Source: Nitrospinaceae bacterium
Lineage (GTDB): Bacteria; Nitrospinota; Nitrospinia; Nitrospinales; Nitrospinaceae
Assembly: GCA_965237905.1 (NCBI GenBank)
Contig: OZ250172.1
Coordinates: 2,368,001 to 2,432,000 of the forward strand
Length of the DNA: 64,000 bases
Reading direction: 5' to 3'
Of this stretch, positions 38,599 to 48,366 are shown one piece after another. The notes beneath the pieces were generated by a model that was given only the letters and a program-made list of their open reading frames with translations, was not told the DNA's origin and did no database searches. Position numbers and translations under genes: made by a program. The number at the start of each line of letters is the position of its first letter. Position 1 is the stretch's first letter.

Positions 38599-40074
38599 AT
38601 GGACAGCTTGAACTCAAGTTTAAAAGGATGGATGTTTTTCCCCAATCAACCTGGGGTTTCCGTGTTTATCCTGGTGATTTTGCTGATGGCAGGCTTGTAT
38701 ATGATGCGGTCATCCATTCACTATGTAATCACGCAGTTGATGGGAATGATTTATTCGATGTTTCGCATTGCCTCCCGGTCTCTGGGACAAGGAGCCCTAA
38801 AACTGAAGGCCCGCAATAGGGATGTTCTTCTCCAGTTGGGTAAGGAAGAAGTAGAAGGGAAAATTGAGCGCGAATTCTTCCGCGTGAACGCAATGGTGGA
38901 ACGTGACCTGGGAAAATATCCCGCCCTCCAACGGTTAATGTCCGATCAGATTTCACATATTGATGATGACTATAAGAAGAGCGGTCAAGTATTGCCGCCC
39001 CCGCCGGAGTGGGTGGAAGCCGTGGAATCGGTGGCCAAACTTAAAGTAAGCCACAAGAGTAATCCTCTCACAGCCAATATTCTAAGCAGTATCCACAACG
39101 CTTCTGAAAAACATCAAAAACAGGTGATCACTGAGTTCCGGCAGTCGGTGTCGCAGCGGCACAGGCTGTTGCAAGGGATGCGCCCTTACTGGCGGCGTTT
39201 ATCCAACACGATCGAGGAAACCGGGAAAACCGTCCGACGGTTGATTGATCGTTCCACTGAAATCGACAAACACATGGATAAATATGAAAAGATTCTCAGT
39301 GGGTCGAAATCGGTCGAGCGTTCGCTCAAATCGTCCGCGGGCATCTATTTTGCCTATTCTCTGCTGGCTGTGATGGTCGCCATTGGCGGCGTCATCATCA
39401 ACTTTAATCTGATCGCTCTGCCGATGTCCGAAATGGTTGGTGCCACGGCGACGATCGGCGAATTCAAGGTTTCCGAATTTGCCGCTCTGGTCATCATACT
39501 GGTGGAAATATTTCTTGGGATTTTTATGATGGAAGCATTGCGGTTTACGCACATGTTTCCGGTGATCGGAGCCTTGGATGACAAGCTGAGAGTCCGCATG
39601 GCCTGGATTTCCTTCTCATTTCTGTTGACGCTGGCTTGTGTCGAAGCGGCCCTGGCTTTCATGCGTGACCATATCGCGGCGGATTTAAGCGCTCTGCGCC
39701 AGTCTCTCACCTCTGGCGGCGTGCAACAGGTGGTTGAAGTGGCTGGGATCAACAAATGGATTCCCATGCTGGGCCAAATGGTATTGGGATTTATTTTACC
39801 CTTCGCCCTGGCTTTGGTAGCGATACCTTTGGAGTCTTTAGGGCATTCCGCGCGAGTCGTTTTGGGTGAAATGCTGGTCATATTTTTCCAAGGCAGTGCG
39901 ATGGCCTTGCGTACGGTAGGAATTGGATTCCGCCATGCAGGCCAATGGTTGACCCATGTTTATGACATATTTATTTTTCTGCCTCTTTGGATCGAGCGTA
40001 TGGTTAAAAAACAGCCTGGGGAAGGATCCCGAATAGGAATGAGCGAAACAAAACTGGGAGAGGTTACAAAATGA
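38599..40074 (+). CDS. Uncharacterised multi-pass membrane protein with a long coiled soluble region
   Basis: CAGGAG ribosome-binding site, N-terminal TM segment, ~200-aa helical region, then several TM helices. Its stop overlaps the next start (ATGA). Confidence 0.85.
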   Translation: MDSLNSSLKGWMFFPNQPGVSVFILVILLMAGLYMMRSSIHYVITQLMGMIYSMFRIASRSLGQGALKLKARNRDVLLQLGKEEVEGKIEREFFRVNAMVERDLGKYPALQRLMSDQISHIDDDYKKSGQVLPPPPEWVEAVESVAKLKVSHKSNPLTANILSSIHNASEKHQKQVITEFRQSVSQRHRLLQGMRPYWRRLSNTIEETGKTVRRLIDRSTEIDKHMDKYEKILSGSKSVERSLKSSAGIYFAYSLLAVMVAIGGVIINFNLIALPMSEMVGATATIGEFKVSEFAALVIILVEIFLGIFMMEALRFTHMFPVIGALDDKLRVRMAWISFSFLLTLACVEAALAFMRDHIAADLSALRQSLTSGGVQQVVEVAGINKWIPMLGQMVLGFILPFALALVAIPLESLGHSARVVLGEMLVIFFQGSAMALRTVGIGFRHAGQWLTHVYDIFIFLPLWIERMVKKQPGEGSRIGMSETKLGEVTK

Positions 40075-40733
40075 AGAAATTATTTGTTTGTGTATTAATG
40101 AGTTTTTGCTTGGTGATGACTTCCTGTTCGGATAGTGGAACTACCAAAACAGGAAGCGGCCGTGGAGTTTACCTGCTATTGGATACTTCCGGCACCTACA
40201 CTGCGGAATTGAAAAAAGCCCAGCAAATTATCAACTATTTGATGGGTTCGCAACTGGGACCGGGCGATTCTCTGGTGGTGGCGCGGATCGACAGCGGCAG
40301 TTTCAGCGAAAAGGATATCGTGGCAAAAGTGACTTTTGATGCGAGGCCTTCGGTTTCCAACAATCAAAAGAAGGTGTTTGCCCAGACCGTAGATAAATTC
40401 GTGAAATCGGTCAGAGGCAGTAAATACACCGACATTTCCGGCGGTCTCCTGCAGGCGATCGAATACCTGAACGAAGTGGATGCGGCCGAAAAACACATCC
40501 TCATTTATTCAGATCTTAAAGAGGAACTGCCCAAAGGCTTTGTCCGGAATATGAATTTTACACTGGACGAATTTAAAGTTCGGGCCCTCAACGTCACCAA
40601 GTTGCGCACGGACAATGTGAATCCCCAGGAATATCTCGACCGTTTGAAAGAATGGGAGACCCGCGTCAAGCAAGGCGGCGGCGAATGGATTGTCGTTAAC
40701 GATATGCAACGGGAAAGTGCCTTGGAGCTGTAA
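40071..40733 (+). CDS. VWA-domain lipoprotein
   Basis: Lipobox-like VMTSC, MIDAS-like LLDTSGT, TDISGGL and ILIYSD. Confidence 0.8.
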   Translation: MKKLFVCVLMSFCLVMTSCSDSGTTKTGSGRGVYLLLDTSGTYTAELKKAQQIINYLMGSQLGPGDSLVVARIDSGSFSEKDIVAKVTFDARPSVSNNQKKVFAQTVDKFVKSVRGSKYTDISGGLLQAIEYLNEVDAAEKHILIYSDLKEELPKGFVRNMNFTLDEFKVRALNVTKLRTDNVNPQEYLDRLKEWETRVKQGGGEWIVVNDMQRESALEL

Positions 40734-40800
40734 TTTTTTTGAGGCATTATAAAAATCTGAATAACCCTGGTTTACCTCCTCTCTAAAGATGGCCCCAGGT

Positions 40801-40832
40801 AAAAAAGCCTGACCTTGTGTCAGGCTTTTTTT
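40801..40832. terminator. Bidirectional rho-independent terminator
   Basis: AAAAAAGCCTGAC-CTTGT-GTCAGGCTTTTTTT. Confidence 0.9.
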
Positions 40833-41252
40833 ATTTTTACTGGGAAAGCCTGCTTCCCACCTCATATCCAGTCTCCAACTCAAGGTCTTTATTTTCAATT
40901 ACATGGAAAGTTAAGTTCATTTTATGCTTGACCCTGTGGTTAATTGGGACTTTAATAGTACATTGGCCAGGCCTCTTAAATATTAGCTGTTTCAGCGTTT
41001 GAGGAAACTCAGTTGTAGGATTAGGTATTTTGATCCAATTTGCGTGTAGGCATGAAACGTGAGAAGAAGGCCGCCAAACCACGTTCCATTTACAGCTGGT
41101 TTGTTGAAATGATTCCCCCTTAAATCAGTGAGGCCGGGAAAATGTCTGGGGAGAGGCAAAAGGTCAGAAAAAGGGCAGTCCCAACTTGGGTCCATGGTTG
41201 TCGAAAGCATTGAAAAATTTTGCTTTATTTGATTTTTGCCGGGTTTATTTTG

Positions 41253-41280
41253 TTGACTTTTAAGCCCTATTTCATACAAT
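41253..41280 (+). promoter_or_regulatory. Putative sigma70 promoter
   Basis: TTGACT-N16-TACAAT upstream of the kinase gene at 41454. Confidence 0.45.
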
Positions 41281-41453
41281 CATAGCTCAAAAGTAAACAC
41301 AGTACTTACAATAAAATTGTCACTTTAGACGTTTATTTGCTTTTGGTTGGAGGTTAATTCACTTTTTTAGGTCAGTAGGTCTGTCAGCCGGAGTATGCCA
41401 CGCAGTAGGGTTGTCTGAGCCTGCTTGATCCCCGCTTTCCCTTTGGAGGAGGA

Positions 41454-43679
41454 ATGAGGGACCCCGATTCTATTCTATTAATAGAAGACGAAAGCCTGGT
41501 TGTTGAGACGCTGAAAGGCAACTTTCAGGACAATGGCTACCATATCACCACCGCCCACAACGGTGAGGAAGGTCTCCGCAAATTCCAGAGTGACAGCTTC
41601 GATCTGGTGATTACAGACTTGAAATTGCAGGGTATAGATGGCCTGCAAGTGTCAAGGAAGATCAAGAAAATCAATCCTCATATTCCCGTCATCGTGGTCA
41701 CCGGTTATCCCAAACGGTTGACTTCGGATGAAGCTTCCCGGTTTGGCGTCCATGACTTTATGCTCAAACCGTTCACTTGGGCGGAGATGCTCAAGAAAGT
41801 TACGGATTGTCTGGACACTCCTGAAATTACTACCTTTTTGCCCCACCCGAAAGCATCCGATTCCCTGATCGTGGCACGGGAAAAGGAAACGGATATGCCG
41901 GCCGCCCGTTTGGAGGAGCGCCGGGCATCGAAAAGCCGAAAAGACCCCTATCAGAGTCTATCCCAGTTTTTGTCCGGCCAGACCCGTGTCCTGGAGATGT
42001 TGATTCGGGGAGAACCGTTGAAAGAGATTTTAAATGCGTTGATTGCGGAAATGGAATCTTGTTCGGACCAGATATCGGGATCTATTCACTTGTTGAATTC
42101 GGAAAGAGCCCAGCTTGATTGTATTGCGGGCCCCAATCTACCCGCACCCTTGTTGCAGGATATCGGATCAGTCAGCCTGGGAGGTTGGGTGAATCCCTGG
42201 GGAACCGCGGTCACTCAAAACAAACCGATCCTCATTGAAGATATCAACAAGAGCCCCCTTTGGGAGCGGTGTCACGCCTCGGCGAAAACTAATGGATTCA
42301 GAGCATCGTGGTCGTTTCCATTACGAAGTTCCGATCAGCTGGCGCTGGGAGTATTGACCTTTTACAACCGCGAGTCCCGGTCCCCTTCCTCTACGGAGCT
42401 CAAATGGATTTTGTCCGCTACCCGGTTACTGAGCACCATTATGGAATATAAAAACCTGGAAAACACCGGAAGTCAGGCCGAGGATCAGGTTGAAAGTTTT
42501 GTGGAACAAGGTCGAGAAGCCGTGGTGATGTTTAACGATAGAGGGGTGATCGATTCCTTCAATGCGGCGGCAGCTAAATTATTCGGATATTCAGGTAAAA
42601 CGCTGATTGGCCAAAATATCAAAAACCTGATCACCGGACAGAATCCTTCACAAAACCATAACGCGTTCCAAAGAATTGATGACGGAAGCGAAGAGGAGCC
42701 CGGTACCCTAAAAGCGGCGGCTATGGGTCTTCACAAGGATGGGTCCAAGCTGTTTCTGGATTTGTCCGTGGGTGAACTGGCTCAACAAACAGGCCGGAAA
42801 TTTGTCGCGACCCTGGTGGACGTTTCCAAACTGAAATATGCAGAGAAAATCCTCAACGAAACCCGGAATAAACTTGAGGAATTGAATGAATCCTTAATCG
42901 TCCCCGCTAGCGGAGAGTCCCAAAGCCTGCAGAAGCAACTGGTGCAATCGGAAAAATGGGCCGCTACCGGAAAACTGGCCGCTTCGCTGGCCCATGAATT
43001 TAAAAATCCCCTATTTGGAATTCTCAATGTTTTGGAAAGAGCCGCGCGAGAATTCTCCCTGAAGCAGGGTTCTGAAAATTTGCTGGAACTGGCGATCCGG
43101 GAATGCCACCGAGCGATGGGCCTGGTTGAAAAAATGCAGGATATTCATCGGCCTTCTTCCCATTCCGTTGAGCCGATGGATTTGCATTCCGCGATCAAAG
43201 ACATGGTTACGTTGACTCAAGCCCGGTTGCAAAAGCGGAATATCAAGCTGGTGATGGACCTGGATTCCAAGCTTCTCAAAGTTTACGGTATTGAAGATCA
43301 GATCAAGCAGGTGGTACTGAACCTTTTGAACAATGCCGAAGAAGCTATTTCGGATGATGATGGAAAAATTGTCGTAGGAACACGGGCGCTGGAGTCTTCA
43401 TTGAAAATTGTTGTGAAGGATAACGGACAGGGCATCCCGAAAGACCAGCGGCAAAAGGTATTTGAACCTTTTTTTACCACCAAAAAGGATAGCGGAGGCA
43501 TGGGTCTGGGCCTGGCGGTCAGTTATGGAATCATCAAAGCCCATGGCGGCCGGATCGATGTGCAAGAAGGGATTGAGGGCAAGGGCACCTCATTTATTAT
43601 CACGCTCCCTAAACGAACTTCCCGAAAGGCGGGTCGCCGTTCGGATAATTATTTAACACCCACCACTTCCTGGAATTGA
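41454..43679 (+). CDS. Cytoplasmic hybrid histidine kinase (REC-GAF-PAS-HisKA-HATPase)
   Basis: REC (LLIEDE...DLVITD...KP), GAF (ASWSFPL), PAS (FNAAAAKLFGY...HKDG), H-box LAHEFKNP, N-box NLLNNA, and G-boxes DNGQGI, FFTTK and GMGLGL. Confidence 0.92.
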   Translation: MRDPDSILLIEDESLVVETLKGNFQDNGYHITTAHNGEEGLRKFQSDSFDLVITDLKLQGIDGLQVSRKIKKINPHIPVIVVTGYPKRLTSDEASRFGVHDFMLKPFTWAEMLKKVTDCLDTPEITTFLPHPKASDSLIVAREKETDMPAARLEERRASKSRKDPYQSLSQFLSGQTRVLEMLIRGEPLKEILNALIAEMESCSDQISGSIHLLNSERAQLDCIAGPNLPAPLLQDIGSVSLGGWVNPWGTAVTQNKPILIEDINKSPLWERCHASAKTNGFRASWSFPLRSSDQLALGVLTFYNRESRSPSSTELKWILSATRLLSTIMEYKNLENTGSQAEDQVESFVEQGREAVVMFNDRGVIDSFNAAAAKLFGYSGKTLIGQNIKNLITGQNPSQNHNAFQRIDDGSEEEPGTLKAAAMGLHKDGSKLFLDLSVGELAQQTGRKFVATLVDVSKLKYAEKILNETRNKLEELNESLIVPASGESQSLQKQLVQSEKWAATGKLAASLAHEFKNPLFGILNVLERAAREFSLKQGSENLLELAIRECHRAMGLVEKMQDIHRPSSHSVEPMDLHSAIKDMVTLTQARLQKRNIKLVMDLDSKLLKVYGIEDQIKQVVLNLLNNAEEAISDDDGKIVVGTRALESSLKIVVKDNGQGIPKDQRQKVFEPFFTTKKDSGGMGLGLAVSYGIIKAHGGRIDVQEGIEGKGTSFIITLPKRTSRKAGRRSDNYLTPTTSWN

Positions 43680-45076
43680 GTAAAGATATGAGCCAAGGCA
43701 AAGTCATCGTCGTTGAAGATTCAAAGATCATTCGCCTGGGCTACAAGGACACCCTGGAGCGGAGGGATTACGAAGTAGAAACCTTCGATTCGGCGAAAAC
43801 CGCATTGAACCGGATCAGTTTTGGATGGCCCGGAATCATTATCAGTGATGTGATCATGCCGGGAATGGATGGTATCTCCATGATGAAACGGATTAAGGAA
43901 GTGGATTCCGATTTGCCGGTGATTCTTATCACCGGGCAAGGGGATATCCTGACGGCTGTTCAAGCCATCCGCGACGGGGCCTACGATTTTCTGGAAAAAC
44001 CTTTTTCCGGCGAAGTTCTGATGGAAGTGGTTCACCGGGCCATGGAAAAACGGCGTTTGGTCGGGGAGGTCCGCGTTTTAAGGAAAGAAATCAACGACCA
44101 GCAGGAAACCAATTTCAGGATCATCGGCAAATCCCCCGCCATGGCCCGGCTTCGGGAAACGATCACCAGCATGTCCGGTTCCGATCCGGATGTTCTTATT
44201 TTAGGGGAGACGGGTTCTGGAAAAGATCTGGTCGCCCGATGCCTGCATGAAAACAGCCCCCGGAAAGAAAATAATTTTGTTTCCATTAATTGTGGCGCGA
44301 TTCCTGAGAATATTATAGAGAGCGAACTTTTCGGACATGAATCGGGTTCTTTCACCGGGGCGGAGCAACGCCGCATCGGAAAATTCGAGCATGCTCATGG
44401 CGGAACCGTTTTCCTGGATGAAATTGAGAGCATGCCTCTCCACCTTCAGGTAAAGTTGCTCCATGTGCTTCAAGACCGGGTCATTTACCGGGTTGGCTCC
44501 AACGACCCTGTACCGGTCGATATTCGGGTCGTCGCCGCGACCAAAACAGATTTGAAGCAGGCTTTCGAGGAAAATAAATTTCGAAAGGATTTATATTACC
44601 GTCTCAATGTGTTTCAAATGTACCTCCCGCCTATCCGTGAGCGGATGGAAGACATTCCCCTGTTGTTCAATCATTTCGTCTCGGAAATTGGTTGGCGGTA
44701 TAAGGTGTCCGTGCTCACTCTGCCTGCCGGGGATTTTATGCAGAGATTGTTGACGCGACCTTGGGAAGGCAATGTGCGTGAATTGAAAAACGAAGCTGAG
44801 AAATATGTGCTCCAATTGATCATGGATATTCCAGGACAAAACGAGTGCTTTGCGCCTTTTCCTGACAACAGTATCTCTGGAAACGGAGAGATGACTCTGA
44901 ATGATCAATTGACCGCGTTTGAGAAAACTATTATCGAGCAGGAACTCATTCGCCAAAATGGTGATATTAAAAACACCTATCTCGCTTTGGGCATCCCCCG
45001 CCAGACGCTTTATTACAAAATTCAAAAGTACGGTTTAAACCGAAAGCACTACCAAAAAGTTTTGGAAACCTCCTGA
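43676..45076 (+). CDS. sigma54-dependent response regulator (DctD/NtrC family; REC-AAA+-HTH)
   Basis: GETGSGKD, ESELFGHESGSFTGA, FLDEIE, DLYYRLNV, WEGNVREL and a C-terminal Fis-like HTH. The start may be the ATG at 43688. Confidence 0.93.
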   Translation: MSKDMSQGKVIVVEDSKIIRLGYKDTLERRDYEVETFDSAKTALNRISFGWPGIIISDVIMPGMDGISMMKRIKEVDSDLPVILITGQGDILTAVQAIRDGAYDFLEKPFSGEVLMEVVHRAMEKRRLVGEVRVLRKEINDQQETNFRIIGKSPAMARLRETITSMSGSDPDVLILGETGSGKDLVARCLHENSPRKENNFVSINCGAIPENIIESELFGHESGSFTGAEQRRIGKFEHAHGGTVFLDEIESMPLHLQVKLLHVLQDRVIYRVGSNDPVPVDIRVVAATKTDLKQAFEENKFRKDLYYRLNVFQMYLPPIRERMEDIPLLFNHFVSEIGWRYKVSVLTLPAGDFMQRLLTRPWEGNVRELKNEAEKYVLQLIMDIPGQNECFAPFPDNSISGNGEMTLNDQLTAFEKTIIEQELIRQNGDIKNTYLALGIPRQTLYYKIQKYGLNRKHYQKVLETS

Positions 45077-45536
45077 TTTCAATCTCCGTAGGCTTCTCTC
45101 TCCTTAACCATTTTCCCAAGTCATCACACTCAGTGACCGTATCTTAGGGGTTGTCCCCGGTATCAAATACCTTTTTGGAACTCCATCGAGTGTAGTCCCA
45201 AAATGATTTGTTTTCAGTGATAGTCGTTTGTTTCCTAAGGCTTTTTTTAATAAGGAGTTAGCCTGGAAATGGGATTCTTAAAGGGGCTTTCCCGGCCCGT
45301 CTTCATTTTCTCGGCTTTATAACTTTACATCGCTATCTGCTGTAATTACACTAGCATTAAGCCTTTTCCCTGATAAAACAAGACTTTGGATATAAAAACG
45401 GGCTCATTCAGCTGGTTTGATGGATCTGCCTCCATCTCGTTTTTAATTGAAAACAGTCTCCGAATGCTTGGATATTGGGAATCAAGGAGAATCCGTTAAT
45501 TTTGCGTTGGGTTGTTAATGCCAGGAGGTTCATTCC

Positions 45537-48215
45537 ATGGATGATATGAGTCCAATCATCGGCGAGTTTCTTACCGAGAGCTATGAAAATCTGGATCAAT
45601 TAGATCAGGATCTGGTGGATTTGGAAGCCAACCCAGGAGAGAAAAATCTGCTGGCAAGTATTTTCCGGACAATTCATACCATCAAGGGTACCTGCGGCTT
45701 TTTGGGTTTTACCAAACTGGAGTCCGTAGCACATGTCGGTGAAAACCTTCTCAGTAAATTGAGGGACGGGGAACTGAGCATGACCCCGGATATTGCCAAT
45801 TCCTTGTTGACGATGGTGGACGCCGTTCGTGAAATTTTATCCAACATTGAAAACGACCATTCTGAAGGTGACATTGATTATTCCGATCTGGTGGAGTTGA
45901 TCACCCATCTGCAATCCGGCCGAAATCCAGAATCCAAAAAGATAGAAACCACCAAGACCGTCAAGAAGAAAAAGTCCCGCTCGGTTAAAGAGCCTACAGC
46001 ACATTCCGTTAGCGGATCCTTGTTTGAACGTATGGGTGGACAGAATACGATCGATGTCCTGATCGATCAATTTTTTGACAAAGTTTTGGCGGATAAACGG
46101 GTCAAAAAATTTTTCAAGGGTGTGGATACGGAACGCCTTCGAAATAAGGAAAAATCTTATTGGGCCTTTGCTTTTGGCGGAGAGTCCGAGTATGCCGGTA
46201 AAGCTCTGGCAGAAGCTCACCAGCCTTTGCTGGACAAGGGTTTGGCCGACCAGCACTTTGAAGCGATGATGGAGATTTTCAATGAAACCTTGTGTGAAAT
46301 GGATATTCATGCCGATGTGGTTCAGGAAGCTTGCGAAATCGCCTTGTCAACACGGGATGAAATCTTAGGTAGAGCTCAGGCGGAGCCAGTGCCAGCCAGT
46401 GACGATGCCGCCGCCATCGCGGAAGTGAAAGAATCGGTGCGAAGAGATGTGGAGGACCGGAGATCGGGAGATAAGGAAGCTGAAGAAGCTTTTCTGACCT
46501 CGCACAAAGATCGTAGGGCCAGGGGTGACCGCCGATCTGAAAGTATTCGCGTTGATGTAGGTCTTCTGGACAGGCTGATGAATTTGGTGGGTGAACTGGT
46601 CCTGGCGCGTAATCAGATGGTTCAGTTTACAGCCACCGAACCAGACCCCTCCTTTCTTTCCACCACCCAGCATTTAGATCAATTGACTTCCGAGCTTCAG
46701 GAAGGGGTGATGAAAACCCGGATGCAGCCTATTGGCAATATCTGGGACAAATTTCCTCGTGTGGTCCGCGACCTTGCCGCGACGTGCGGTAAAAAAGTTC
46801 GTTTGGATATGGAAGGAAAGGGTACGGAGTTGGACAAGACCTTGATCGAGGCGATCAAGGATCCCATGACTCACATCATCCGGAATTCTGTGGATCATGG
46901 AATTGAGATGCCGGATGAAAGAGTCGCCAACGGAAAAAATCCGGAAGGCCGTCTCTCTCTCCGAGCTTACCATGAAGGCGGCCAGGTCAATATCGAAATC
47001 GTTGATGACGGTGGAGGCATTGATCCTGAAAAAATCAAGACGAAGGCCCTCAGCAAAAACTTGATCACTCCTCAGGATGCCAGCCATATGAGTGATCGTG
47101 AACTCATCAATTTGATCTTTGCTCAGGGGTTTTCCACGGTGGAGACGGTATCCCATCTATCCGGTCGTGGAGTTGGCATGGATGTGGTCAAGTCCAATAT
47201 AGAAAAAATCGGAGGAACCGTCGATATTCAATCAAAGGTAGGGCAGGGGACGACACTGAAAGTTAAAATTCCCCTGACCCTGGCAATTATCCCCGCATTG
47301 ATTGTGACTTGCGGGACTTTGAGGTATGCGATTCCCCAAGTGAGCCTTATGGAATTGGTTCGGCTGGAGGTGGTTGAGGGTGAATCGGCCATCGAAACCA
47401 TTCAAGGGTCTCCTGTCTATCGGCTCCGCGGCAATCTTCTTCCCCTCGTTTACCTGAAGGAGGCATTGGAGATTGAGGGTCCATCCAACTCTGATGCCGT
47501 GAATGTGGCAATCTTGCAAGCGGGTTCCTGCCAGTTTGGTTTGGTGGTTGATGGCATCAACGATTCCGAGGAAATTGTGGTGAAGCCTCTCGGCAAGCTA
47601 TTCAATGGAATAACCACTTATGCCGGCGCTACGATCATGGGAGATGGCAAGGTGGTCCTGATTCTTGATGCCATGGGGCTGGCGCAAAAGGCTCATGTTG
47701 TGGATCAAGAAGGCCGCGATCATGTCCGTAAGGATGTCAACGACCAGGAAGAAGCCAAGGGCATCGATTACCAAACACTTCTTGTCTTCTCTCCAGGCAA
47801 CGAAACCCGGATGGCGGTGCCCTTGTCCATGGTGGCACGGCTCGAGGAGTTCAATCCAGACATACTGGAAAACTCTGATGGGAAGCAAGTGGTTCAGTAT
47901 CGGGGTAATATCATGCCCTTGATTTTTCTGTCCGATGTTTTTGGTATGGATACCTCAAGGAAAGAAGAAGATACCGTGCGTGTCATTGTCTATTCCGATC
48001 AAGGGCGAAGCGTGGGTGTGGTGGTAGACAAAATCATTGATATTGTGGAAGAGGCGGTGACCCTTAAAAAGGGATCGGTTGGGCAGGGTTTGCTGGGTTC
48101 TACAGTGGTCCAGGATAAGGTGACCGATCTCTTGGATGTCGAAGATGTGATTCGCCGGGTCGATCCGGACTTTTACAAAAACCAGCCGGTTGCCACATCC
48201 AATAATATTGAATAA
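45537..48215 (+). CDS. cheA: CheA-like kinase with an inserted truncated-haemoglobin domain and tandem C-terminal CheW domains
   Basis: Hpt IFRTIHTIKG, group-I truncated globin at ~46017-46370, dimerisation domain IRVDVGLLDRLMNLVGELVLARN, kinase HIIRNSVDHGIE/DDGGGID/GFST/SGRGVGMDVV, and two CheW-like domains. Confidence 0.93.
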   Translation: MDDMSPIIGEFLTESYENLDQLDQDLVDLEANPGEKNLLASIFRTIHTIKGTCGFLGFTKLESVAHVGENLLSKLRDGELSMTPDIANSLLTMVDAVREILSNIENDHSEGDIDYSDLVELITHLQSGRNPESKKIETTKTVKKKKSRSVKEPTAHSVSGSLFERMGGQNTIDVLIDQFFDKVLADKRVKKFFKGVDTERLRNKEKSYWAFAFGGESEYAGKALAEAHQPLLDKGLADQHFEAMMEIFNETLCEMDIHADVVQEACEIALSTRDEILGRAQAEPVPASDDAAAIAEVKESVRRDVEDRRSGDKEAEEAFLTSHKDRRARGDRRSESIRVDVGLLDRLMNLVGELVLARNQMVQFTATEPDPSFLSTTQHLDQLTSELQEGVMKTRMQPIGNIWDKFPRVVRDLAATCGKKVRLDMEGKGTELDKTLIEAIKDPMTHIIRNSVDHGIEMPDERVANGKNPEGRLSLRAYHEGGQVNIEIVDDGGGIDPEKIKTKALSKNLITPQDASHMSDRELINLIFAQGFSTVETVSHLSGRGVGMDVVKSNIEKIGGTVDIQSKVGQGTTLKVKIPLTLAIIPALIVTCGTLRYAIPQVSLMELVRLEVVEGESAIETIQGSPVYRLRGNLLPLVYLKEALEIEGPSNSDAVNVAILQAGSCQFGLVVDGINDSEEIVVKPLGKLFNGITTYAGATIMGDGKVVLILDAMGLAQKAHVVDQEGRDHVRKDVNDQEEAKGIDYQTLLVFSPGNETRMAVPLSMVARLEEFNPDILENSDGKQVVQYRGNIMPLIFLSDVFGMDTSRKEEDTVRVIVYSDQGRSVGVVVDKIIDIVEEAVTLKKGSVGQGLLGSTVVQDKVTDLLDVEDVIRRVDPDFYKNQPVATSNNIE

Positions 48216-48276
48216 TCGGTTGTTAATGATTTTGGATATCGAAACAGTGGTGGAATGTGATGCGGTTACGGCATAA
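48208..48276 (+). pseudogene. cheW: C-terminal remnant of a deleted cheW gene
   Basis: A frame overlapping the cheA stop reads LNNRLLMILDIETVVECDAVTA-stop, resembling the last strand and helix of CheW, at the position where cheW usually follows cheA. Confidence 0.55.
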
Positions 48277-48366
48277 TGGTGTACTTCCTAATGAATTCAA
48301 TGGATTGCCGCTGATTTTACCTGAATTAGATTCGGGGAATTCTCATGAAACCACTAAGGTAGGCAG

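Noticed and set aside
40817..41279. Short ORFs in the intergenic region before the hybrid kinase
   Set aside because: They have no ribosome-binding site or motif, overlap a terminator and a promoter, and the region is AT-rich regulatory DNA.
44330..44365. GSFTGA instead of GAFTGA in the sigma54 activator as a sign of inactivity
   Set aside because: GSFTGA is a common natural variant, and the key F and T residues are retained.
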